DNA of 64,000 bases from Obrimoposthia wandeli (lineage: Eukaryota): assembly GCA_977020255.1 (NCBI GenBank), contig CDROCS010004705.1, forward strand, positions 1-64,000. The letters are read 5' to 3'. The position numbers and the translations under genes are program-made. Below, one piece after another: positions 47,381 to 57,584 of this stretch (the stretch's first letter is position 1; each line of letters opens with the position of its first letter). The notes below the pieces were generated by a model. The model saw only the letters and a program-made list of their open reading frames with translations. It did no database searches and was not told where the DNA came from.

Positions 47381-47848
47381 TTAAGAATCACATTTTTTAA
47401 TTAAGAATTCCCTAGCGGCATCTAATTGCTGTATTTGATCTGGGCTAGCATTCTCTGATTCAAGCTCGCGTAGTTTTTGGCGATGGGCTTGTACGATCTG
47501 CTCTCGATTTGGATTAGTTGATAAGCCTAATAAATCAATTGCTTCTTGTTCTGTTGGTTGTTTATTTGTTGGGGCCATTTTTTGCTGTACATAATTACCC
47601 GCTAACATTTTTATAAATGGAATAAGCAGTTGTTGCACTGCAAATTTTTTGAATAAAAAAATTGCTACAACGGGAATACCTAAAAGTATGGGTAAGCGGC
47701 CTGTGGTGATTAACACGATAATAATTACACCAACAATTATAAATACTGCTTTTAAAGCGGTGACGCCTTGGCTTTTAGATGCATTTTTGAACCAATAAAT
47801 GATGGCAATAGTTGAGCAAACGAGTAAAAAAATAAAAAATGGATTCAT
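47381..47848 (-). CDS. Membrane-anchored J-domain-like protein without HPD
   Basis: TMs followed by EAIDLLGL...REQIVQAHRQKL...QLDAAREFL. Confidence 0.65.
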   Translation of the reverse strand: MNPFFIFLLVCSTIAIIYWFKNASKSQGVTALKAVFIIVGVIIIVLITTGRLPILLGIPVVAIFLFKKFAVQQLLIPFIKMLAGNYVQQKMAPTNKQPTEQEAIDLLGLSTNPNREQIVQAHRQKLRELESENASPDQIQQLDAAREFLIKKCDS

Positions 47849-48139
47849 AATGAGGCTCTTTAGTTTGTTGGGTATGTTATTGCCAATATGTTTGACGCTC
47901 TCAAATAAAAGAGAGTTGAAGAGCTTGTAGTGCTTTTTTAGATAAGCTCGTACTACCAAGGTGTGAAAAGTATTATTGCAGAGCAGTTGGGGTTTGTCAT
48001 TAGATGTAAAAGATATTTAGCGGTCATTGAAGGAGTGTTCGTTCTTTAGCTGTATCTAAAATGTTTTGTCGTATTCATGCCCAGTACTTTCCTGTGATGT
48101 TATAAGATGATTAATCATAAACGAAAATGGATCAGATTT

Positions 48140-49162
48140 ATGAAATTTCTGAAGTGTCATTATTATTTAATGATGTTACTAAGTTGTTTGTTCAGCAGTG
48201 CTGTTATGGCGCAAAAGCAAGTGATTACCTTAGGTACAGGTGGCGTGACGGGTGTCTACTACCCAACAGGTGGTGGTATTTGTCGAGTGGTTAATAAATT
48301 GAGAGCTGAGCACGGTATACGTTGCGTTTTACAAGCCACAAATGGCTCTGTTGCCAATATATCAAGAGTATTAGGTAAGAGTTTGGATTTAGGGATAGCG
48401 CAGTCTAATTGGATTTATCACAGTTATAATAATGATTTGATAAACCAGGCTGTAGCAAAAAGTCGGCCGCACAGTGACGATAGAAATAATAAAGAAGTTC
48501 AGAGTAATGATTCTCTTAGAACGTTGCTAGTGCTGTACCCGGAATATTTCACAGTGATAGTACCTAAATATTCAACGATTAAGCATTTTAATGATATTAA
48601 AGGTAGGCGAATAAGTATGGGCACAGAGGGCTCAAGTTTACGTGCCACTATGAATGATTTACTGCTTAAGAAAAATTGGCACAAAAGTGATTTTTCACAA
48701 GTACTTAGTTTAGGAGCAGCTGATCAGGCAAGTGCCTTGTGTGATGGGCGTATTGATGTGATGATTTATACGGTAGGTCATCCATCGGGAGCCGCTAGAG
48801 AGGCTACACAAGATTGCGAGAGTCGCTTGATCTCAATGCAGGGGCCAGCGATTGAAAAGCTAATAGCTGAAAACTCTTATTACCGGTGGGCTAAAATTCC
48901 TGGTGCTATATATAAAGGTAATATTAAATCGGTACCCACTTTTGGTGTTAACTCAACTTTATTTGCCAGCACCAGATTGTCAGAAGCTGCCGCATATTCA
49001 ATTGTTAAAACAGTGTTAGAGAATTTGGATGAGTTTCGTGGTTTGCATCCAGCGTTTGCAAGGTTAGATCCTGAGCAAATGGTGAAAGGCCCATTCGCTG
49101 CACCGCTTCATAAAGGCGCTATAAAATACTTTAAAGAAATAGGATTAATAGCGATGAATTAG
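48140..49162 (+). CDS. TAXI-family TRAP solute-binding protein (orphan)
   Basis: TLGTGGVTGVYYPTGG, GSVANI, PLHKGAIKYFKE. Confidence 0.93.
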   Translation: MKFLKCHYYLMMLLSCLFSSAVMAQKQVITLGTGGVTGVYYPTGGGICRVVNKLRAEHGIRCVLQATNGSVANISRVLGKSLDLGIAQSNWIYHSYNNDLINQAVAKSRPHSDDRNNKEVQSNDSLRTLLVLYPEYFTVIVPKYSTIKHFNDIKGRRISMGTEGSSLRATMNDLLLKKNWHKSDFSQVLSLGAADQASALCDGRIDVMIYTVGHPSGAAREATQDCESRLISMQGPAIEKLIAENSYYRWAKIPGAIYKGNIKSVPTFGVNSTLFASTRLSEAAAYSIVKTVLENLDEFRGLHPAFARLDPEQMVKGPFAAPLHKGAIKYFKEIGLIAMN

Positions 49163-49352
49163 GCAGAGCCTAATTCATCAGAAACTAAGGATTGGTTAGA
49201 ACTTCACAGAGATGAATTAGGCAGAGCCTAACTCATCAGAAGCTAAGGATTGCTTAGAGCTTCACAGAGATGAATTAGACACAGCCTAGCTCATCAAAAT
49301 AGAAATATATTTAGAATCTTGTAGAGATGAATTAGGCACAGCTTAATTTATC
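49153..49352. repeat. Array of four 27-bp REP-like palindromes with 57-58 bp period
   Basis: gatgaattaggcaSagcctaattcatc-type units at 49153, 49211, 49269, 49326; spacers 1 and 2 are near-identical. Confidence 0.85.
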
Positions 49353-49383
49353 AGAATTGAATCAGAAAACAGCTTCAATGCCT

Positions 49384-50982
49384 TTAAATAGAACGCTCGG
49401 GCGCCGCTTGTGCGATATTGGGTTGATCTAATATAATTTGAAAGTGTGCTCCATGCTTTGATGCTAGGCAAGCGATGTTGCCTTTTAAAAGCTGAGTAAC
49501 AATGTTGTAACTAATATGCATACCTAGTCCGCTACAACCGATACTGCGTTTGCTCGTGGCAAACGGCTCAAACACCTTACTCATCCATTCGCTATTTAAG
49601 CCCATGCCAGTATCTGAATAATCAATGATAAGTTGATCGTCTTCACAAACGACGTTAATCAGAATATCAATGTGGTCGTCAGGAGATGTTGGTCCATGTA
49701 TTAATGAGTTTATAATTAAGTTGTTGAAAATTTGATAGAAACTTCCAGGATAGCTATCAAGCATTAATGATTCAGGGCAGTTTATTGATACTCTTGCATG
49801 GGTGTTACGTAATTTTGGTTTGAGAGACAGTAAGATTTCATGCAAATAGTTATCTAAGTTGAAGCGTCTGCTTTTTTCGTTTGCTTGATCGACAGAAACT
49901 TGCTTAAAAGCTGTGACTAAGCTGGCGGCGCGCTCTAAGTTTTTACAAATCATTTGGCTGCTTTCAATCGCGATATCTGCTAAGTCGCCTTTATGCTGTA
50001 GCGCTTGCTGTTCAAGGTATGAAGCGGCTGTATATCCTATGCCAATAGGGGTGCTTATTTCATGTGCAACGCCCGCTACTAAATTACCCAGAGAGGCCAT
50101 TTTCTTTGATTGAATTAATTGTGTTTGCGTTTGCTTTAAATTATCAAGGGTCGATTTTAATTCTGTGTTAGCTTGCTGTAGTTGGGCTGTTCTTTGCTGC
50201 ACAATTTGTTCAAGATTTTCATTTATGTGGGCAAGTTGCTGCTCTGCTGTTTCGCGCTTCAATAAATCTTCCTGCATATTGGTACGCATGCTGTTAAATG
50301 AATCGGTAACATTTGAAAGCTCATCAGGCGCCATGGGCTTTCTTCGATTTAAAACCAGTGCTGAGGTTAATTTGTTCAAATGTAGAGCTCTAGCATATTT
50401 GGCCATAGCGGCTAAGTGCTGGGTTACTAAATGATGGAAGATAGATAAGATAAACATCGAAACTAAAAATGTTTTGATGCCTTGAGAGAGTAGGATTATC
50501 AACGTTTTTCCCCATAAACGTTGGTGTAAATTTTCGAGGCTAATGACAATTTTCAATATGCCTAAACGATAGTTTTTGCCGTTTTGGGTATGAGTAAGGC
50601 GGTATTCTTTTTTGATAACAGCGCTGCTTGTTAAAGTACCGCTACTGTAATGCTCGTTAAAGGGGGTATCTATTGATAAGTACTCTATATCTCTTAATTT
50701 GTTCATGCCCTCAAGCTGCAATTGAATTTGTTCCGGACTGATTTCCCATAAGCTGTTTTCTAAACTGGCCAAAGAGCTGGACTCTATTTGAGCCACTCCC
50801 TCTTCGATGGCTTTTCTTTCATACTGATAATCAAAATATAGTTGTGAGCCGGTCGCTAATAAGGTGATCACTGAGCTGCATAAGACGATGGATGCTAGCA
50901 GCTTAATCGCGAGTGGATTGTGTCTAGTGTAAGTGGAGAAAAAACCACTGATATGCATAAGTTGCTCCGAAGGCTTTAGCAA
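49384..50982 (-). CDS. Membrane sensor histidine kinase
   Basis: Two TMs, HAMP, H-box GVAHEISTP, N-box NLIINSLIHG, DTGMG, GSGLG-like CSGLG. Confidence 0.93.
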   Translation of the reverse strand: MLKPSEQLMHISGFFSTYTRHNPLAIKLLASIVLCSSVITLLATGSQLYFDYQYERKAIEEGVAQIESSSLASLENSLWEISPEQIQLQLEGMNKLRDIEYLSIDTPFNEHYSSGTLTSSAVIKKEYRLTHTQNGKNYRLGILKIVISLENLHQRLWGKTLIILLSQGIKTFLVSMFILSIFHHLVTQHLAAMAKYARALHLNKLTSALVLNRRKPMAPDELSNVTDSFNSMRTNMQEDLLKRETAEQQLAHINENLEQIVQQRTAQLQQANTELKSTLDNLKQTQTQLIQSKKMASLGNLVAGVAHEISTPIGIGYTAASYLEQQALQHKGDLADIAIESSQMICKNLERAASLVTAFKQVSVDQANEKSRRFNLDNYLHEILLSLKPKLRNTHARVSINCPESLMLDSYPGSFYQIFNNLIINSLIHGPTSPDDHIDILINVVCEDDQLIIDYSDTGMGLNSEWMSKVFEPFATSKRSIGCSGLGMHISYNIVTQLLKGNIACLASKHGAHFQIILDQPNIAQAAPERSI

Positions 50983-51555
50983 TCAAAATGAGTACATCTT
51001 TTGAATTATATGTTTGCCGCTCTACTACACGCTATGCCTGAATAAGAGCTAGAAAATTAACCCGCAGCATAGAGTAATTAGCGAGTATTATTAAGTGTTT
51101 TTTTTACTTAGCCACCTGCAATCAAGATTAATAAGGATTTGGCAGATGTTGGCTAATAATAAGCTCGCTTAATGGTGAGCTTTGTATGCTCTACTTGCTA
51201 GATGAAGATAAAAAATAAACCTAAATGCTCAGAAAGAAAAATAATTGAATGAGTTTGGCACGTTAGGATATAAATATGGCACGATTAATATAAAACCTGA
51301 AACGATAAATAGATATTCTTGTTCCATGGTTTAGTTCATCTGAATCATACCTTAATAAGTTTGGTCTGATTGTGCTTTATACACATGATCAGATCCTTTT
51401 TAAGATAGGCAGTTTGATAATGCTGTCAGCCTATTAGGAATATAGGCATTAGTAACGCTCCAGCAGTGTTTACTTAGGTTTAAAGGAATAATAATCGAAT
51501 AGCCAAAATCTACTCACAGATACTTAATCTATCAGATAACAATAATAGGATTCTT

Positions 51556-52554
51556 ATGTCTTTCAATAAAAAAACAATCAGAAATCAGTTAGCGACTGCG
51601 TTCTTGTCTACTAGTGTAGCAATCGCAGCATCGTTCTCAGCTAGTGCTTCTGCTGCTGAAACGTTCGTAACAATCGGTACAGGCGGACAAACAGGTGTTT
51701 ATTATGTCGTAGGTGGATCTATTTGCCGCCTAGTGAATAAAAAAACCTCAGAGCATGGCATCAAATGTACGCATACTACTGGTGGATCCGTTAAGAATAT
51801 CAATGGTATTCGTAATGGCGATCTAGACATGGGTGTTGCTCAGTCAGATTGGCAGTTCCATGCATACAATGGAACAGCTGCAAAACAATTCCCTGATGGA
51901 GCGTACAAAGATTTACGTGCAGTTTTCTCTGTACACGGCGAGCCGTTCACTGTTGTAGCACGTAAAGATTCAGGCATTAACTCTTTTGCTGATTTAAAAG
52001 GTAAGCGTGTCAATGTAGGCAACCCAGGTTCTGGTCAACGTGGCACAATGGAAATTGTCATGGAGAAAATGGGCTGGACTATGGATGACTTTAAACTTGC
52101 ATCAGAGCTAAAGTCGTCTGAGCAAGCGCAAGCGCTATGTGACAACAACGTAGATGCAATTATCTTTACAGCTGGACACCCGAACGGTTCTATCAAAGAA
52201 GCAAGTACTTCTTGTGATGTGAAGCTAGTCAGTGTTCAAGGTCCAGTTATCGATAAGTTAGTATCTGATAATGCGTATTATGCTACAGCAACAATCCCAG
52301 GTGGCATGTACAACGGTACTGATGAAGATGTAACTACTTTCGGTGTAGGCGCAACATTTGTTAGCTCAACAGCTACAACTGAAGCAACTATGTACCAAAT
52401 GGTTAAATCTGTTTTTGAAAACTTCAAGCGTTTCAAAAAGCTACACCCAGCTTTCAACAACTTGAAGAAAGAAGATATGGTTGTTAATAACCTGTCAGCT
52501 CCATTACACGATGGCGCAGTTAAGTACTACAAAGAAGCTGGCTTAATCAAGTAA
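51556..52554 (+). CDS. TAXI-family TRAP solute-binding protein
   Basis: TIGTGGQTGVYY, GNPGSGQR, PLHDGAVKYYKE. Confidence 0.95.
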   Translation: MSFNKKTIRNQLATAFLSTSVAIAASFSASASAAETFVTIGTGGQTGVYYVVGGSICRLVNKKTSEHGIKCTHTTGGSVKNINGIRNGDLDMGVAQSDWQFHAYNGTAAKQFPDGAYKDLRAVFSVHGEPFTVVARKDSGINSFADLKGKRVNVGNPGSGQRGTMEIVMEKMGWTMDDFKLASELKSSEQAQALCDNNVDAIIFTAGHPNGSIKEASTSCDVKLVSVQGPVIDKLVSDNAYYATATIPGGMYNGTDEDVTTFGVGATFVSSTATTEATMYQMVKSVFENFKRFKKLHPAFNNLKKEDMVVNNLSAPLHDGAVKYYKEAGLIK

Positions 52555-52568
52555 CAGCTCTTTAAATT

Positions 52569-52590
52569 TGGGCAGCAGGGATGCTGCCCA
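52569..52590 (+). terminator. Hairpin after TAXI gene
   Basis: tgggcagca-ggga-tgctgccca; no strong U-tract. Confidence 0.55.
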
Positions 52591-52751
52591 TATTGTAATA
52601 CCAGTATAAAATAATAATTTTTTAACGGTTTTACTTAGTTAATCTGAAAATAATAATAAAAAATTGCTGTAGATTTAAGGAAGGTAAGTGTCTTAGACGA
52701 GATTTCTTTAGTACGCGGCAAATTTTTAAAGCATGTAACTGAGGATCTTTC

Positions 52752-55376
52752 ATGAGTGAATCAACTCAAACTAAAAAAGCGAGTAGTGCAGAATTAGACG
52801 ATTTAGTCGCCTCATCTGACACAGGTGGCCGTAACCCTACAGGCCCCATCGGTAAATTGCTCGCAGGGGTCGCACTTGCTTGGGCTCTCTTTCAAATCTG
52901 GATCGCATCGCCGCTACCATTTATTATTGGTATTGGTGTTTTTAACGACACTGAAGCGAGATCTATACATTTAGCGTTTGCTATTTTCTTAGCTTTTACT
53001 GCATTCCCTGCAGGTAAAAACTCTCCACGTGATTACATTCCTGCTGTTGATTGGGTGCTAGCAATAGTCGCATCAAGTTCAGCTGCTTATCTGTATGTGT
53101 TTTATGAATCGCTGTCAAGTAGACCAGGTAACCCAAATCAAATCGATATTGCGATCGCCTGTATAGGCATCGTTCTGCTGCTACTGGCTACAGTGCGTGC
53201 ATTGGGTCCGCCACTGGCAATTGTTGCGTTAGTGTTTTTGTTATATTGCTTTGGTGGTCAAAGCATGCCAGGCATATTGGCTTGGAAAGGGGCATCGTTC
53301 GGTGCAGTAGCTGATAACCAATGGGTATCAACAGATGGTGTATTTGGTGTGCCTTTAGGCGTATCAACTAAATTTGTTTTCTTGTTTGTATTATTTGGTG
53401 CCTTACTGGATAAAGCAGGCGCTGGTAACTATTTCATTAAAATCGCATTTGCCAGCTTAGGGCATTTACGCGGTGGTCCAGCTAAAGCAGCTGTGGTTGC
53501 ATCAGCAATGACGGGTTTGATTTCAGGTTCATCAATTGCCAACGTAGTAACCACCGGTACCTTTACCATTCCGATGATGAAACGTGTTGGCTTTTCTGCT
53601 GAAAAAGCAGGCGCCGTTGAGGTTGCCTCTTCAGTGAACGGGCAAATTATGCCGCCAGTCATGGGGGCTGCCGCTTTCTTAATGGCGACATCGCTTGATA
53701 TGGCTTACTTTGATGTAGTAACGCACGCGTTTGTGCCTGCCATCATTTCTTACATTGCATTAGTATATATCGTACATTTGGAAGCGATGAAAGCTGACCT
53801 TAAGGGTTTGCCACGTCGTAGTCCACCTAGCCCATTTCTAACCTTTATTTTTAAATTCTTACTAGGTGTGGCGGGTATATCTACTGTAGGCTTTGCTGTT
53901 TATTACGGTTTAGGTTGGCTAAAGCCTATTGCAGGTGATGCGGCTAGTTGGATTGTTGCAGCGCTTTTAGGGGGTGTTTACGTTTGGTTGGCGAAAAGCT
54001 GCTCAAAGTATCCTGACCTTGAAATTGATGATCCTAATGCGCCTATTGTTGAGTTGCCAGAGCTTGGTCCAACGGTTAAATCAGGATTCCATTACATCTT
54101 GCCGGTTGTAGTATTGGTGTGGTGCCTTATGGTTGAGCGTTTAAGCCCTGCATTGTCAGCTTTTTGGGCTACTGCTTTAATGATCTTTATTTTGTTAACT
54201 CAGCGTCCATTGTTTGCATTCTTTAGAAACAGAGACGATGTTGGCGAGAAGCTTAAGCAAGGTTTTAATGAGCTAATTGACGGTTTGATTTCTGGCGCAC
54301 GTAACATGATCGGTATCGGCATAGCGACAGCAGCAGCGGGTATTATCGTTGGTGCAGTTTCTTTGACAGGTGTCGGTTTAGTATTGGCTGAGCTCGTTGA
54401 AATTATGTCGATGGGTAATGTAATGCTGATGCTGCTGTTAACAGCTGTATTGAGTCTTATATTAGGTATGGGATTGCCTACAACGGCAAACTATATTGTT
54501 GTATCCTCATTGTTAGCGCCCGTTATTGTGCAGTTAGGTCAGCAAAATGGCTTAATAGTACCGTTAATCGCCGTGCATTTATTTGTATTCTATTTTGGTA
54601 TTATGGCCGACGTGACACCGCCAGTAGGACTTGCATCCTTTGCTGCTGCCGCAGTCTCGGGAGGCGATCCGATTAAAACGGGCTTTGTTGCATTCTTCTA
54701 TAGTTTGAGAACAGCCGCGCTTCCTTTCTTGTTTATTTTCAATACCGACCTGTTACTGATAGATGTTACCTGGATGGAAGGCATCTTTGTCTTTATCGTG
54801 GCAACATTAGGTATTTTAGTCTTTGCGGCGTCTACACAAGGGTATTTCTTTGCGAAAAACCGTTGGTACGAATCCGTCATGTTGTTGTTGATTGCATTCA
54901 CCCTGTTTAGACCTGGTTATTGGATGGATATGGTTTCACCACGTTATGATGTGGTTGGGCCTGCTTTGATGGCTGAGAAGCTAAAAGCAACTCCTGCAGG
55001 GGCAGAGATGCGCTTTACCGTATTAGGTGAAGGAGATGCCGGTGGAGAGCGTGAGTTCGTCATTATCTTGCCAGTAGGCGAGGGCACGACTGCTGAAGAG
55101 AAGCTAGAGAGTTCAGGTTTAGCCATTATTAAAAATGACGAAGGCAAGTACATTGTTGATGATGTTGGTTATGAAAGTGCAGCGCAAACAGCTGGGCTAG
55201 ATTTTGATCAGCAGATATTAAAAGCATGGGTACCAATCGATCATTTACCTAAGCATCTTATGTATATACCTGCATTGATATTGTTAGGCTTTATCGTCAT
55301 GATTCAGCGTAAACGCTACAAGTTAACGTTAGATGATAAAGATAACTCAAGTACAGCTAAGCCAGTTAACGCCTAA
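52752..55376 (+). CDS. TRAP transporter fused 4TM/12TM permease
   Basis: GGPAKAAV, GSSIANVVTTG, GQIMPPVMGAAAF, GMGLPTTANY, ADVTPPVGLA. Confidence 0.96.
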   Translation: MSESTQTKKASSAELDDLVASSDTGGRNPTGPIGKLLAGVALAWALFQIWIASPLPFIIGIGVFNDTEARSIHLAFAIFLAFTAFPAGKNSPRDYIPAVDWVLAIVASSSAAYLYVFYESLSSRPGNPNQIDIAIACIGIVLLLLATVRALGPPLAIVALVFLLYCFGGQSMPGILAWKGASFGAVADNQWVSTDGVFGVPLGVSTKFVFLFVLFGALLDKAGAGNYFIKIAFASLGHLRGGPAKAAVVASAMTGLISGSSIANVVTTGTFTIPMMKRVGFSAEKAGAVEVASSVNGQIMPPVMGAAAFLMATSLDMAYFDVVTHAFVPAIISYIALVYIVHLEAMKADLKGLPRRSPPSPFLTFIFKFLLGVAGISTVGFAVYYGLGWLKPIAGDAASWIVAALLGGVYVWLAKSCSKYPDLEIDDPNAPIVELPELGPTVKSGFHYILPVVVLVWCLMVERLSPALSAFWATALMIFILLTQRPLFAFFRNRDDVGEKLKQGFNELIDGLISGARNMIGIGIATAAAGIIVGAVSLTGVGLVLAELVEIMSMGNVMLMLLLTAVLSLILGMGLPTTANYIVVSSLLAPVIVQLGQQNGLIVPLIAVHLFVFYFGIMADVTPPVGLASFAAAAVSGGDPIKTGFVAFFYSLRTAALPFLFIFNTDLLLIDVTWMEGIFVFIVATLGILVFAASTQGYFFAKNRWYESVMLLLIAFTLFRPGYWMDMVSPRYDVVGPALMAEKLKATPAGAEMRFTVLGEGDAGGEREFVIILPVGEGTTAEEKLESSGLAIIKNDEGKYIVDDVGYESAAQTAGLDFDQQILKAWVPIDHLPKHLMYIPALILLGFIVMIQRKRYKLTLDDKDNSSTAKPVNA

Positions 55377-55629
55377 GTAAGTAGCGTTGATATACATTTG
55401 ATTAAGCAGTTTAAGAGTAACGAGGGCATGTTAAATATTTACAGTAGTTACATATAAGTATCATCGCCTAAGTTAGGCGATGATTATGTGTGAGGGCAGT
55501 GAGTATTTAGTACATGTCTTTTATTTTGATCTTGAAAGCGTTCATTAGATCGCTTCAAAGTCTTGTTTGCTTATAGATGCTTTTTAAAATTATATTGAGA
55601 GCGTGCGTTAATAGAAATAGGAGATAACG

Positions 55630-56061
55630 ATGTTTAAGAAAGTATTAGTACCTGTTGATCTACAAGATACAGAGTTTTGTATGAGTGCACTTAACTATGC
55701 ATTACGTGAAGTCAAATTGAGTGGTGGCGAATTACATATTATTACCGTTCTACCTGGGTTTAATAACAATGTTGTATCTACGTTTTTCAAAGAGAAAGAT
55801 CACAAAGAAGGCTTGAAGCAAATAGCACAATTGTTAATAGACTTTGCTGATAAACATGTGGACAGTGATGTTAAGCCAAAACTGAAAGTGCTAGAAGGAT
55901 CGGCACCTGAAGAAATTAATCGCTATGTTCAAAATTCTGGTATCGAGCTTGTAGTCATGAGAGCGCACCAGCGTAGTAAAATAAACGAATTCCTACTGGG
56001 ATCTGTTTCATCAAGAGTAGTAGAACGAGCTTATTGCTCAGTGCTTGTTTTAAAGGACTAA
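55630..56061 (+). CDS. Universal stress protein
   Basis: KKVLVPVD, LVVMRAH, LLGSVSSRVV...CSVLV. Confidence 0.92.
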   Translation: MFKKVLVPVDLQDTEFCMSALNYALREVKLSGGELHIITVLPGFNNNVVSTFFKEKDHKEGLKQIAQLLIDFADKHVDSDVKPKLKVLEGSAPEEINRYVQNSGIELVVMRAHQRSKINEFLLGSVSSRVVERAYCSVLVLKD

Positions 56062-56125
56062 GTAGAATTTATTTTACTTAAAAAGTAAAAATAACTGACA
56101 CGGTTGAACGTGCAGTTAACAGAAT

Positions 56126-56185
56126 TATGGATGAATAGTGACCACTGCTCAAGGATGAGTGATGGTCACTTTTGACAAGGATGTC
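56126..56185 (+). other. Cluster of GGA-loop hairpins (CsrA/RsmA-site-like)
   Basis: ctca-AGGA-tgag nested in stem agtgacca/tggtcact; gaca-AGGA-tgtc; a third TGGA at 56128. Confidence 0.5.
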
Positions 56186-56304
56186 GCCCCCCATATGCCT
56201 TTGTTTTCGCAATATTATGTTGATTAATTAACATGAAGAAAACAGATACTAGGCCCGCACTCTGTGCACCAGTTTCTTAAGAAACACTAAGATAATAAAT
56301 TTTG

Positions 56305-57396
56305 CTAGATGCTGAGTGTATATTCGATCAAGCAAGATGCTTGCGTTTTAGATAATGCAGCATTGGTGTCAATTTGTCCGTCATAAAAGTTAGCTAATTG
56401 ATCTAACTGCAGCAATAAGATAGTTTGCCAAGGTGGGTGAATAACCTTTTGGTTGGCGTGTCCTAAAAATTTAATAGATAGTTTATTAGTATCAGCTTCG
56501 CACTTACCTATATGAATCAACAGCTGAGTATCAGAAGATTTATCAAAGCGACACATTGCAATCTCTAGCAGTGTAATCAGCAGTGTATTAAACCAGTGAA
56601 TATCTATGTCGATGGAAGAGGCGAGTTGCTCGTTAACTTCGTAATCAATGATCCAATTTTCATGTTTAGCTTGGGGAAGGTAGCGGCTCACTAACAGGTT
56701 GAGCTGGTCATCAATATTAACCTTAGTAGCGGTTACTTGACTGATAGGTTGTAATAAAAAATTAATAACTGACAATTGCTCGCAATGGCCTTTTAATTGG
56801 CTGATGAGGTCAGCTACCATTGGTTTGTGACTAAGTTGTGCAAGTTTGCTTGATTGAGCGAGTAGTGGAACGATCTTAGTGGCTAAGTATTGAGACAAAC
56901 CTTCTAATAGTAGAGGTTCTGTGATCTGTTCTGTGGCTAGGGAGGTTGTTAATAAAGCTGTTTTAGCTTTGGGCTTAACGCTTTGTATATCCCTAAAAGA
57001 GCGTAACGCAACGACAACAGAGGTTAATAAGCGTGAAGCAGAGAGTTCAGCTTTTGATAAGTAGTCATTAATATCGTATTGAATAACCACCTCAGCCTCG
57101 GGTGCAAACCCTGGATGGCCGGTTCTTAAAATAATGCGGATATCTTTGTTATTGAGATCATCGCGAATGAAATTGACAAGGTTTAGTCCCTCTTGGTCAG
57201 TTTCCATCACAACATCTAAAATAGTGACGGCAATATCGTTTTGCTCGCACAGTATTTTTTTTGCCTTGGAGCCGCTTAATGCATTGATGAGTTCAATGGG
57301 GCGATTTTCAAATTCATAGCCTCGAAACACCATACGCGTAATGCTATGGATGCCTTCATCATCGTCAACTATTAAAATTTTCCAAGGTTTGTTCAT
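56305..57396 (-). CDS. Response regulator (receiver plus DUF3369-type region)
   Basis: ILIVDDD, ILDVVME, RIILRTGHPG, YDINDY. Confidence 0.85.
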   Translation of the reverse strand: MNKPWKILIVDDDEGIHSITRMVFRGYEFENRPIELINALSGSKAKKILCEQNDIAVTILDVVMETDQEGLNLVNFIRDDLNNKDIRIILRTGHPGFAPEAEVVIQYDINDYLSKAELSASRLLTSVVVALRSFRDIQSVKPKAKTALLTTSLATEQITEPLLLEGLSQYLATKIVPLLAQSSKLAQLSHKPMVADLISQLKGHCEQLSVINFLLQPISQVTATKVNIDDQLNLLVSRYLPQAKHENWIIDYEVNEQLASSIDIDIHWFNTLLITLLEIAMCRFDKSSDTQLLIHIGKCEADTNKLSIKFLGHANQKVIHPPWQTILLLQLDQLANFYDGQIDTNAALSKTQASCLIEYTLSI

Positions 57397-57584
57397 TTTT
57401 TTAATTTAATCCCAGTTGTCTCTATCGCTATATTAGCGCGAAAAGAACGCTAAGCAAGATTTTTTTATGATGCAGATCTGTTTTATTTTGTAGCTCTTTT
57501 ACTAGGTTACAATTATGCACGCATGATAACTCAAGCCGAGCAGTTAGTATTGCGTTTATGTTAAGGCGTCTCGTTGTTTAAAAC

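Noticed and set aside
49153-49352. CRISPR array
   Set aside because: Spacers are near-copies of each other, the repeat occurs elsewhere as isolated palindromes, and no cas genes or leader are visible.
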